Assembly: GCA_965246715.1 (NCBI GenBank)
Contig: CBDFFH010000015.1
Location: forward strand, 192,001 to 256,000
Length of the DNA stretch: 64,000 nucleotides
Source of the DNA: Chamaesiphon sp.
GTDB lineage: Bacteria; Cyanobacteriota; Cyanobacteriia; Cyanobacteriales; Chamaesiphonaceae
Reading direction: 5' to 3'
Part shown: positions 40,717 through 50,249 of the stretch, piece by piece
Numbering within the stretch: the first letter of the stretch is position 1
How the letters are laid out: each line of letters starts with the position of its first letter
Notes under the pieces: generated by a model
Told to the model about the DNA's origin: nothing
What the model saw: only the letters and a program-made list of their open reading frames with translations
The model's database searches: none
Position numbers and translations under genes: made by a program

Positions 40717-41113
40717 GGGTAGTAGGGATAGAGAGTGGCGGAATCTTGGCCAAAATACCTTGCTTGAGTGGCGCTGGACGCTCTGCCCAAGGTAATAAGC
40801 CCGTGGGATGCTGATAATACTTCCGAGCACAGTCGAGAATATTACTTAAGGGGATAGCGACATCATTTGCCGGAATATCACCAAATAAATAGGTATGCTT
40901 CCCCGCTGCTGCAAAGGAAATCGCACAAGAGCGGCTGCAAGCACTCATGCAGCCGACCGCCTGAATTGGAAACTCTGCTGCTAAATCCCAGGTTTGATGC
41001 AAAGCTGCCAACTGTTGGAGTAGTATTTCGCCGTCGCTGGTACCGACGCGCTGACCATTTTCCCACTTACTACCGCAAGTGGTACATACGAATAAACAAT
41101 GTTGTGGATTCAC
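40703..41113 (-). CDS. DUF1636 putative metal-binding protein
   Basis: LFVCTTC, CMSACSRSC, YLFGD, PWAERP; lies downstream of a cobalamin riboswitch. Confidence 0.88.
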   Translation of the reverse strand: MNPQHCLFVCTTCGSKWENGQRVGTSDGEILLQQLAALHQTWDLAAEFPIQAVGCMSACSRSCAISFAAAGKHTYLFGDIPANDVAIPLSNILDCARKYYQHPTGLLPWAERPAPLKQGILAKIPPLSIPTTHAAL

Positions 41114-41149
41114 CTAATGCCTCGTAGGTTAATTTGTCGAAGATGTGAG

Positions 41150-41275
41150 TGCTGGCGGGCGTTCTGACTTTATCGAGGTGCTAAAGCATCGATGTACAGT
41201 TGCGGGACAGTGCTGGATTTTCACCAGGCTTTCCCCATTACTTTGAGTGGCTGTTCCCCACTCAAACCAGAGCGA
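41150..41275 (-). promoter_or_regulatory. Cobalamin riboswitch
   Basis: Minus strand GGGGAAAGCCTGGTGAAAATCCAGCACTGTCCCGCAACTGTA...AGTCAGAACGCCCGCC; TATAAT at 41287-41282 just upstream. Confidence 0.9.
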
Positions 41276-41436
41276 AATTTCATTATACAGGTTTCGGGAG
41301 AACTGAGTTCGATTCTCTTTTTAGCCGATCGAGGACTTGCCAGACTCGATCGAGTTTTCCCAACCGCGCTCCTCGTTCGCGACCTTAGATATTGGTAGCT
41401 AAAAATTCGCGATCGGTCTGAATCGCGAATTTTTAG

Positions 41437-41643
41437 CTAAAACTAAAGCCCCGATCGCAATTGCGAGGCAGGGTGGTTTCATACAAGAAAATAAAAATGC
41501 AAGAACCTTGGTGCTCAGTCTTCAACCGCCCTGAAATGAATTTCGGGCTAAGAGCAAAAGTCCACTGCAGTGGACTGAGCGATTTTTCTTTCGGTGTATG
41601 AAACCACCCTGCCGATCGCAATTGCGAGGGGCTTTAGTTTTAG
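41437..41643. repeat. Element with ~48-bp terminal inverted repeats and internal palindromes
   Basis: CTAAAACTAAAGCCCC..TCGCAATTGCGA..GGCAGGGTGGTTTCATAC and its inverse at 41596-41643. Confidence 0.8.
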
Positions 41644-41660
41644 ATTTGAGAGATCGGATG

Positions 41661-42227
41661 TTACTTCACGTCTAACTTAGCTGCAACTTTTGCTAGCGCA
41701 GCGGCATTAGCCTTGAGTAACGTGTTGTTTTTCTCAACAAACGTCCCCTTGAGTACTGGTGGTGTAGGTGCAATACCTAGTTTCTTGAGAATACTAACCA
41801 CGATCGCTTTATTTACTAAGAGCAGCTGATGATTTTTTTCTGCAGGATCGGCTGAATTGACTGCAGACATTGGTGGAGCAGAAGCGCCAACTTTTTCCGC
41901 GATATCTCTAAAAGTTTTCTGATTTTGCAGAATGATCGCCTGATTTTGTTCGAGTGGTGTACCACTGGTGGGTAACTCTCCAGTCGAAGTAATTCCCAAT
42001 TTGGCCGCAATTTTTCTTGCAAGCGCTCGGTTATTGACCAGCAACATCTTGTTTGCTGCGATTAAAGCACTTTGATCTGGCTCGGCAGCAATCGAAGTCC
42101 GGTATTGGCTAGAGGACATTTGAGGTGCTTTCAGCAAAGAAGCATGAGCAGATAAGCTCGTGTACGCCATCCCTAATACAAAACTAGCACTTACTTTTAC
42201 AAAAATATTCATCGAAATCACACTCAC
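41661..42227 (-). CDS. Secreted protein with four helical repeats
   Basis: Signal peptide; repeats of N-x6-N...(I/V)xxK(L/V)G. Confidence 0.7.
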   Translation of the reverse strand: MSVISMNIFVKVSASFVLGMAYTSLSAHASLLKAPQMSSSQYRTSIAAEPDQSALIAANKMLLVNNRALARKIAAKLGITSTGELPTSGTPLEQNQAIILQNQKTFRDIAEKVGASAPPMSAVNSADPAEKNHQLLLVNKAIVVSILKKLGIAPTPPVLKGTFVEKNNTLLKANAAALAKVAAKLDVK

Positions 42228-42562
42228 TAAATAAGTTGTCTGAACTAAAAGTCGCTGGAACGAGCTGTATGATTGAGCTACGGTTTAATCCAACGTTCAG
42301 AGAATAACAAAGAGATTATGTTGATTCCGTAACACTAGGCACATCTCAATCGACGATATGCTGTAAATGCATTGTTTCAATTCAATTTCAGTATTTGTCC
42401 GGAACTATCTTAAAAAGACAGGCAGTATAGTCGTGATACTGCCTGTACTAATTTGGTGCTACAAATAGCTTAGATGACGCAATAATCGCCACACTATCTT
42501 CGATCGTCGCTATTTATTTACCTTCCATTCAGGGAACAATAAATCTACTAAGCTGGATAATT

Positions 42563-44296
42563 ATGTTTTTAGTAGGGATTATTGTCTGTTTTGGATGGCT
42601 ATTTTCTCTATGTCTACATGAATTTAGCCATGCAATCTGTGCCTACTGGGGTGGAGATACCTCCGTCAAGCAAAAAGGATATCTAACATTCAATCCGCTA
42701 AAATACACCGATCCTGGACATAGTCTCATTCTACCAGTCTTATTTTTGTTGATGGGTGGGATTGGATTGCCTGGAGGTGCTGTATATATCAACCAGCATA
42801 AGTTACGAAATCGATGGTGGCAGAGCGCTGTTTCTGCCGCAGGGCCAATAGCTAATATTTCGATCGCGCTAGCATTAGCCATCCCCTTTTGGGTCGTCCC
42901 CACACAGAATTTAGAATCGATCGATGGCGAATCATTCTTAGCTAGTGGCATAGCTTTTCTAATTTATTTACAAGTTTTTGCGGCAATATTCAATTTATTA
43001 CCGATTCCTGGTTTAGATGGTTATGGTATCTTTGAGCCTTGGTTGTCTAAGCGTATTCAAGCTAAATTTAATTATTTTAGGAAATATAGCACTTTAATTA
43101 TTATTGGTTTATTCTGGTATGCACCTGGGTTTAGTGATTTTGTCTTTACAATTGTCGTAATTATCACTAACTTACTACACGTTCCCCGCGATTTAGTCAT
43201 TGTCGGTTCCGAGCTATTTCGCCAGCCAATCAATAAAGCGATCGTTATCGCAGTTTTATTAATTATTGGTTGGGGATTGAATTCTTCCAAGAATACTTGG
43301 AATCTAATTCAAACAGGTAATAGCTTAATTAAAAAAGGAGATTACCATTCGGCGATCGATTGGTTGGATCGAGCGATCGATCGCGAACCGAGTACAGAAG
43401 AAGCTTGGACACAGAAAGCCTACTGTTTATGGTGCCTCGGTTTCAAAGACCGGGCTATTGCTTGCTATCAAAAAGCATTGATGATTAATGAGCATAATGA
43501 ATACGCGCAAAAAAGTCTCGGTCATCTTTTGTTCGAGATCTCAGAATATCGATCGGCTATTCCATACCTTGAAAAAATGCTCGAATTAGAGCCAGATCGG
43601 ATCGAAAACTATTATTATCTGGGAACGTCTTGGCAGAACTTACAGGAATATATACTAGCAGATGAAATTTTTGGTAGAGCGATCGAGATCGAACCATCGT
43701 CTGGACAAGAGAATGATTGGTGGTATAAAGCAATTTGTTTGGAACAGCTCAATTTACATGAGAGAGCCATTACTTGCTATCAACAAGTTTTAAAAATAAA
43801 TGAAAACAATAATGACGTTCGAATGCAAATCGGCATTATTTATTTTAATTTAAGTCAATATGAATCGGCGATTGACAATTTAGAAGAAGCGATCGAGCTA
43901 AACGATAGCGATCTTAATGCTTATTATTATCTAGGATTGTCATATCGTCGGTTAGAAAATCTCGGCTCATCAAGTGCAGCTTTCGATCGAGCATTATCTT
44001 TAAAACCTGAATCATCAACTGTCTTACATGCTTATGGTGAGTTACTGCATCATTTTCAAGATTACAAAGCGGCGATCTTAAAATATCAAACATTAGTAGA
44101 TCTTGCCCCCAATGATGCAACTGCTTGGTACGATCTAGCTTGTTGCCAATCGTTGAATGGCAATATCGATCTAGCAATTTCTGCTCTGCAAAAAGCAATA
44201 GAAATCGACCCCGATGACTTAAAGAAATCTGCTCTAACCGATCCAGATTTTAGCTTGATTCGACAAGATGTAGCCTTTGAAAATCTAACTGCTTAG
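42563..44296 (+). CDS. Site-2 protease (peptidase M50) fused to TPR repeats
   Basis: HEFSH, AAGPIAN, FNLLPIPGLDG, followed by ~300 aa of TPRs. Confidence 0.9.
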   Translation: MFLVGIIVCFGWLFSLCLHEFSHAICAYWGGDTSVKQKGYLTFNPLKYTDPGHSLILPVLFLLMGGIGLPGGAVYINQHKLRNRWWQSAVSAAGPIANISIALALAIPFWVVPTQNLESIDGESFLASGIAFLIYLQVFAAIFNLLPIPGLDGYGIFEPWLSKRIQAKFNYFRKYSTLIIIGLFWYAPGFSDFVFTIVVIITNLLHVPRDLVIVGSELFRQPINKAIVIAVLLIIGWGLNSSKNTWNLIQTGNSLIKKGDYHSAIDWLDRAIDREPSTEEAWTQKAYCLWCLGFKDRAIACYQKALMINEHNEYAQKSLGHLLFEISEYRSAIPYLEKMLELEPDRIENYYYLGTSWQNLQEYILADEIFGRAIEIEPSSGQENDWWYKAICLEQLNLHERAITCYQQVLKINENNNDVRMQIGIIYFNLSQYESAIDNLEEAIELNDSDLNAYYYLGLSYRRLENLGSSSAAFDRALSLKPESSTVLHAYGELLHHFQDYKAAILKYQTLVDLAPNDATAWYDLACCQSLNGNIDLAISALQKAIEIDPDDLKKSALTDPDFSLIRQDVAFENLTA

Positions 44297-44482
44297 CCAA
44301 AATATTCAATTACGATCGAATTCCTACTTCTCTACGCTTGAAGATCGACCTTTTAAGAAAATGGGGACAGACTAACAGCAATAAATAGTTCTAGCTGACG
44401 TGAATTTCTCCTATGGGAATGGCTACGCCAACGGGTTAAGGATATTTGCTGCATTCGAGTGCCGCACTCGAATACAGCGGCT

Positions 44483-45232
44483 CTAAAACTCTCTATTGGC
44501 AGTAGTACCGATGCCTGCGACCGCAGTTTCTGGAAAATCGATGGGAACCGTTTCTAGTGCGGGAATTTGTTCGAGCTTGGTCAATGTATTGACCGAAAAT
44601 AGACCGAAGCCAACTTTAGAAACGATATCCAGGATCGTATAAAACATACTCTCAAAGCCACTACTCAACACCCCAAACCCCGTACCTGCCAAAATCCACA
44701 CTACTGGGTAAACCGTCCACACGGAAATGTGCAACGCAAGCAAGCGATTGAAGGCACTTTTACCGACCTTACCTGGGTGGTTTTGCATGGCCTCATTTCG
44801 GTATCTACCTACCAATAAAACTGTTACGCCGATATAAAAACCACAGCTTACTAAGTACCAGACATAGTTAATCGTTGGGGGTGAAATAGTTGCTAAGAAA
44901 CCAGTGGCAATCATCGCAGCATTGGCACCGATTAGCGAGCCTGCTGTTGACACTTGAATCCGTCCTAAGTGCGATAGCACCAATAGTAATAATGGGGTAG
45001 AGAGAAACCAAGTGATATACCGCACCCAGAAAGTCTCGTTCCCATAAAAAATGCCCTTACCTTGGCCCATTAACATCGCGAGATATAATACCGACGCGAT
45101 CGTGGTGATAAAAAAGTTTAAAGTATATAAAATCCGCCAGCGTTCGTTTGGCGCACGGTGAGCACCACTTCCAAACACGATCGCTCCTGCGGCCATACTT
45201 ATCAATCCGATCCACAGCCAAGTTTGAGTCAC
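44483..45232 (-). CDS. Microbial rhodopsin, cyanobacterial halorhodopsin-like
   Basis: Seven TM segments, RYITWFLSTPLLLLV, WTVYP, LDIVSKVGFG with the retinal-binding Lys. Confidence 0.92.
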   Translation of the reverse strand: MTQTWLWIGLISMAAGAIVFGSGAHRAPNERWRILYTLNFFITTIASVLYLAMLMGQGKGIFYGNETFWVRYITWFLSTPLLLLVLSHLGRIQVSTAGSLIGANAAMIATGFLATISPPTINYVWYLVSCGFYIGVTVLLVGRYRNEAMQNHPGKVGKSAFNRLLALHISVWTVYPVVWILAGTGFGVLSSGFESMFYTILDIVSKVGFGLFSVNTLTKLEQIPALETVPIDFPETAVAGIGTTANREF

Positions 45233-45450
45233 GATCTCTTATCCTATTTAATATTGTCTGCGCTTATATATCCAAAAGTAGTCAAATCGAGCGCCAAATA
45301 CATCTATCTACCGACCGATTTAGCCAATCGCATGTCAAGACTGCACCATCGATCGATTGTCCAAGGAGAAACTAGCCGATCGAATTTTTTTAAACACCGT
45401 CAACCCTAGAAGTGTGTCAAGATCGAGGGATGAATGTCGATCGAGCCTAA

Positions 45451-45822
45451 ATGGAAGGTCTATTTAAATTACTGACGAATTATTTGGCGATCGCGATTGA
45501 AGCCAGTGCTAGTGTATTTATTGCCTTAGCCGCGATCGAAGCCGTCTGGCGGGCATTTGTGATGTATTTCAAGCAACGGCGCGCGCCGGAAGAACTGACG
45601 GAAGCGATCCGGTTGCGATTTGGCCGGTGGTTGTCACTGGCGCTGGAGTTTGAGTTGGGAGCGGATATTCTGCGGACGGCGATTTCGCCAGGCTGGACGG
45701 AAATCGGTCAATTAGCGGCGATTGTGGTATTGCGGACAGTGTTGAACTTCTTTTTGCAATTGGAAATCGATAAAGCGGCCGAACGCGATGCACTGATTGC
45801 AAAAAGACGCGATCGAGAGTGA
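45451..45822 (+). CDS. DUF1622 membrane protein
   Basis: RLRFGRWLSLALEFELGADILRT, LRTVLNFFL. Confidence 0.9.
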   Translation: MEGLFKLLTNYLAIAIEASASVFIALAAIEAVWRAFVMYFKQRRAPEELTEAIRLRFGRWLSLALEFELGADILRTAISPGWTEIGQLAAIVVLRTVLNFFLQLEIDKAAERDALIAKRRDRE

Positions 45823-45973
45823 CAAAGTGCTGAATTGGGGTGTGATTCGCCCTCTCCCGGCCTTTGCCAGCTAAAAACTTACCGTAGTTAGAATGCAGCG
45901 GTTGCATCCAAAAAAACTACGGTAAGTTAGTGGTGGTTTCGATCGACATTATGCAGCTAATAACAATTTAAGT

Positions 45974-46663
45974 CTAACCTTCAGTTGTCGAGGGCATGCC
46001 TTGGTACGGACGGTGGTTACGCGCGCCAGCACTAGCCCCGAGCGTTGCCGCAGCCAATCCGAGTAGCGAACCCAGTGTAAATCCCCATCCGGCTTTCGCG
46101 CCGCTGTCAGATATTTGTCTAGTCTGTTGAGCGGTAGGAGGATTGACCTTCGGAGTAGTTGCTGTGCCGGTACCAGTTTGGTTGGTGGTCACGCCAGGAA
46201 CTTGTACGCCACCTTGTTGAACCTGGCTAGCAATGTTACCAGCATTGGATGCCGCGATCCCGAATGTACCGGATACACCACTAGCTAGCAACCAAGCACC
46301 GAGCGCAAGCGCGGTTGCCCACAAAATAGCACCGTTCAGGGTTGCGGTACTGCGGTTGATATAGTGACAAGCGCGGGAAGTTACCCAACCGCCAATAAAT
46401 AGCGAGATAAACAGGCTAACGATCGACCAAATGCCGACACCAGTAGCCACATCTCCAGCATCCGATCTCGGCGAACCTGAATTAGCGATCGAGGTAAATC
46501 CAATCGCGCTACCCAGCGCACTCAATAATAGTTCCGTGCTGATCGTTACTACCAGTCCAGCGAGGATCGCGCCCCAGTGGATCCGATCTCCAAAATCTGT
46601 ATTGTTAGTAATGTAGCGACGTTCTGTGGTGGTTGTCTCTACCGGACGGTTTGCGTAACCCAT
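45974..46663 (-). CDS. Gly/Ala-rich membrane protein (stress-associated type)
   Basis: RIHWGAILAG, GIWSIVSLFISLFIGGW. Confidence 0.75.
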   Translation of the reverse strand: MGYANRPVETTTTERRYITNNTDFGDRIHWGAILAGLVVTISTELLLSALGSAIGFTSIANSGSPRSDAGDVATGVGIWSIVSLFISLFIGGWVTSRACHYINRSTATLNGAILWATALALGAWLLASGVSGTFGIAASNAGNIASQVQQGGVQVPGVTTNQTGTGTATTPKVNPPTAQQTRQISDSGAKAGWGFTLGSLLGLAAATLGASAGARNHRPYQGMPSTTEG

Positions 46664-46697
46664 AATTTTTCCTCCTAGGATATCAGAATTGGTGGAG

Positions 46698-46725
46698 CGG
46701 ACTTACGCCACTAGGCGTAAGTCCG
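46698..46725 (-). terminator. Hairpin between co-oriented genes
   Basis: CGGACTTACGCC-ACTA-GGCGTAAGTCCG. Confidence 0.55.
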
Positions 46726-46733
46726 AGCTAAGT

Positions 46734-47768
46734 TTATTTAGATTCAGCTAACATCTTTTCCTGGGCTTGGCTTTTAGCCGTTTTAAACTGGGTGGCCATT
46801 TGCTTTTGTTGGTCGTCGCCAAAGTTGTCTTTGATACAACGCAGCGCTTCATTTTCTTCCTGCCGGACGTGCTCCATTACAGCGTTCATCAACTGGTCTA
46901 CCGCAGCTTTGAAAGAGACGGTATCTTGAGGATTCATCGCTTTGATTCGATCGAGTACTTGCTTCATTTCTGCTTGCTCGTCATACAACTCTTGGGTATC
47001 GCTGTAATAAGGACGCAATGCAGGGTAGAGAATTTCCTCTTCAGCTTCAGAGTGTGCGGACAAGTCTTTATAGATTTGGGCGAAGTACTCTTCAATCTTC
47101 GCGGGATCGTCAGTGGCTTTGATTTGGGTGAAGAGGGTGTTTACTTTTGTATGATCTAACCGGATCAGGTCAGAGATCTTCATCTCGTCATCGGTACGGC
47201 TGACAACGCTACCCGCAATCCCACTTAAAGCCGCAATCCCATCTTGAACGCGCGCCCACAGTCCTTGATCTGCTGCTTTCCCGGTGAGTTCCATCGTGCC
47301 CAGAGACTCCAACATGCCTTTGAGTTGCTCTTGGTGAGCGCGGTTTTCAAAGTTAACGGCATTGAGCGGGCCAATGGCTACTTCTACGTCCGCACCGACG
47401 ACTTGAGCAGCTTTGTGAACGATGATCCCGGACATGGTTTGACCGTGCTTGAGCAGTTCGTGTTGAGCGACTTTTTCATATAAAGTTAGCTCGGAACCTT
47501 GCATCAGCTTTCCAACTTCTTCGATCGCTTTTTGCGTAGTATCTTTGGGTTCAGCTTTGACTCCATACTGGACGATGACAGTATCGAGGATGCCTAAGTT
47601 CTTGCGATCGTCGCGCAAGAAATCTTCTAATCGATTGCTAATCTCCCGATCGGGACATTCTTTAATTAACGCTTCCTCATTCGCAATGAGCAGATTTTGG
47701 AAGGCTTTCATATCCGCTAGCTTAGTAGCGATCGCATTACGTTTACTATCTTCTAGTTCTACAGACAT
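46734..47768 (-). CDS. Ferritin-like plus hemerythrin (HHE) domain protein
   Basis: N-terminal four-helix domain (ENRAHQEQLK); C-terminal DH...HSEAEEEILYP...HVRQEE. Confidence 0.85.
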   Translation of the reverse strand: MSVELEDSKRNAIATKLADMKAFQNLLIANEEALIKECPDREISNRLEDFLRDDRKNLGILDTVIVQYGVKAEPKDTTQKAIEEVGKLMQGSELTLYEKVAQHELLKHGQTMSGIIVHKAAQVVGADVEVAIGPLNAVNFENRAHQEQLKGMLESLGTMELTGKAADQGLWARVQDGIAALSGIAGSVVSRTDDEMKISDLIRLDHTKVNTLFTQIKATDDPAKIEEYFAQIYKDLSAHSEAEEEILYPALRPYYSDTQELYDEQAEMKQVLDRIKAMNPQDTVSFKAAVDQLMNAVMEHVRQEENEALRCIKDNFGDDQQKQMATQFKTAKSQAQEKMLAESK

Positions 47769-47989
47769 ATTAGTATTGCTCTCGTGTAAATTTACAGGAT
47801 CTCCAAACTTGGAATAGCGAGAACTTTTGGTCTCTTTACTCTAGACTTACAGACAGATGTTTTAATTCCTGTATAAATTGCTTGACTAGATCGACTAGAC
47901 AATAAAATTTAATTTTTTATTTTTATTTATTTAAAATAATTATCTCGCTTACTAACTATCGCTCATGAATATTTGACTAGTTCTCAAAC

Positions 47990-49240
47990 ATGTTATACAA
48001 ATCAACCATAGTTCAAGCAGAGATCGAACTTGTTTTCCAACATGTCTATGTAAAACTAAATATGATGAATAAATACAGATTATCAAAGCTAATGATGCTA
48101 GGACAACAATCTACACAGCAGATCGAGAGTGACATCACTCTGCTGACAATCGAGACCGAACCAGCGGTATATACTACTGCCGAACAACAATTCGAGCGAA
48201 TGTTGGTTCTAGAAAACTTAGACGAACGCATTCAGCTAGAACCTGCACTAACTCAAGAGTTTGAAGCCGCGATCGATCGGGCGATCGGCATCGCATACCA
48301 GCAATCAGCTTCACAAGCTGCGACACCAGCACATCGATTTTTGCAACGAATCCTCTACCGCCTGAATCGACTCAACTTATTTTGGTATGACGATTTTGCT
48401 AAATATCACAACGAACGCTCTGTCTATCTCAATTCCGTACTCGATCGGATCGAATCTACCTGGCAAAGCTGGGAAGCAACCCAGTTAGATAATACACAAA
48501 TTGCCAAATTGGATCTCATCGGTGTCAAGCAAGCATTACAGCAGCGCGCGGAGCGAGACTTAGACCCACACTTATCTTCCGCCAAGCGATATCTGCGTGA
48601 AGAGATGACTTTAGCAGGATATCGAATGCTCCTGGCGATCGCCTCTTTGGATGGATTGGTCGAAGGTAGTCGGCTGTCGCGGATTTTGGGCGGTGCTTGT
48701 AACGAAATTCAAGCGACATTGATTCGAGTCTTGCTCGAGGAGTATGGCAGCGGGAAGTTATCGCGCAAGCATTCGACCTTCTTTGCTCAGATGATGGCGG
48801 AACTGGGTTTGAATACTCAGCCGGAAGGTTATTTCGAGATCGTGCCGTGGCAGGTTTTGGCAAGTATCAATCACAACTTCCTGCTGACCGAACGCAAACG
48901 GCACTTTTTACGCTACAACGGCGGGTTGACCTATTTTGAGATTGCAGGGCCGTCGATTTATACCGATTATCTAATGGCCGCGCAGCGGTTGCAGCTTTCG
49001 GATGCAGCGATGGGTTATTGGGAATTGCACATTCGGGAAGACGAACGGCACGGTCGCTGGATGCTGACGGATGTAGCGCTGCCTTTGGCGGAGAAGTATC
49101 CCGACCTCGCTTGGGAAATAGTTTGGGGTTACGACCAAGAGAAATTTATGGGCGATCGCGCGGCAAATGTAGTGATGGAGATGATTCGACAATCTATTAG
49201 CGTGTGTTTGGATCGGGCAGATCTCGCCACTACAATCTAA
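47990..49240 (+). CDS. Iron-containing redox enzyme (heme-oxygenase-like di-iron, HDO)
   Basis: EEYGSG...KH, YFE, HIREDERH ligand pattern; start may be further downstream. Confidence 0.8.
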   Translation: MLYKSTIVQAEIELVFQHVYVKLNMMNKYRLSKLMMLGQQSTQQIESDITLLTIETEPAVYTTAEQQFERMLVLENLDERIQLEPALTQEFEAAIDRAIGIAYQQSASQAATPAHRFLQRILYRLNRLNLFWYDDFAKYHNERSVYLNSVLDRIESTWQSWEATQLDNTQIAKLDLIGVKQALQQRAERDLDPHLSSAKRYLREEMTLAGYRMLLAIASLDGLVEGSRLSRILGGACNEIQATLIRVLLEEYGSGKLSRKHSTFFAQMMAELGLNTQPEGYFEIVPWQVLASINHNFLLTERKRHFLRYNGGLTYFEIAGPSIYTDYLMAAQRLQLSDAAMGYWELHIREDERHGRWMLTDVALPLAEKYPDLAWEIVWGYDQEKFMGDRAANVVMEMIRQSISVCLDRADLATTI

Positions 49241-49497
49241 CTAACGATAGAGGCGAAACTATTTATGGTCGGGTTAGTATGCCGATAGTAATCGCTCGTT
49301 TCATCCATTTGCCATACTAAATTTATGCTTGTTAATCTAACTAGATCTGGTCGATAAAGTATTCTTAGATTCCACCTATCGCAACATTTGTTTGGTGCAA
49401 TAACTAACTTTATCGACGCTAGTCCAGCTAACTAGCAACTAATGGCAAATCAGCGATTGCTATATCCATCAACTTAGATATTAGGAACGCTACAATC

Positions 49498-50238
49498 ATG
49501 ATTGTCAATCTAACTAAAGATGGCTGGGAGACCATCTACCATCGCGCACATGCCTTACTTGCAGCTCAACTCGGCGGTCAATGGCGACGTGCTGATGCCC
49601 CAGAGCGCTTTTATGAGACATTGGCCGCGATCGCACATCACGACGATCTCGAACGTGAGTGGCAGGGAAATCAATTAACAAAAACTGGCGCTCCCCTGGA
49701 CTTTACCCTGGGTGATGTCGAGCCGGAAGTATCGTTAGCGAAAACTAAAAAACATTTAGAGGAAGCTCGCTATCGCGGTCGGTGGGTGACAATGCTCACT
49801 TCAATGCATATTTGTTATCTCAGTCAAGCTAACAGAGATATTTCCAAAGATTGGAGCGATTTTCTTGACGAACAAATCAAATGTCAAGCGCAATGGCGTA
49901 AGGAATTGGGGATCACCAAAGATGAAGCCGAACGTGCTTATCAATTTATGCAGTGGTGCGATCGCTTGTCACTAATATTGACGCAACGCCAAGTGCCAGA
50001 AGACGGTCGCTCGCTCGAAATAACACATGGGATCGACGCTCGACGTTACGATCTGCGCTGTTTGCAAAATGGCAATTTAACGGTAGAACCGTGGCCGTTT
50101 CAAGACGATAAATTTACAGTGAATGTCGAATCGGCTCATTTAACCCAACTCAAATACGACAGCGATGAAGAGCTGGTTACTGCCCTCAAGCAAGCCCCGA
50201 TCTCCAGTTTGGAATGGACATTTGCCAAGCATAAATAA
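49498..50238 (+). CDS. DUF3891 family protein (HD-like)
   Basis: HRAHALLAAQL, AIAHHDD, GAPLDF, SMH, WCDRLSL. Confidence 0.8.
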   Translation: MIVNLTKDGWETIYHRAHALLAAQLGGQWRRADAPERFYETLAAIAHHDDLEREWQGNQLTKTGAPLDFTLGDVEPEVSLAKTKKHLEEARYRGRWVTMLTSMHICYLSQANRDISKDWSDFLDEQIKCQAQWRKELGITKDEAERAYQFMQWCDRLSLILTQRQVPEDGRSLEITHGIDARRYDLRCLQNGNLTVEPWPFQDDKFTVNVESAHLTQLKYDSDEELVTALKQAPISSLEWTFAKHK

Positions 50239-50249
50239 CTAATATTGAT

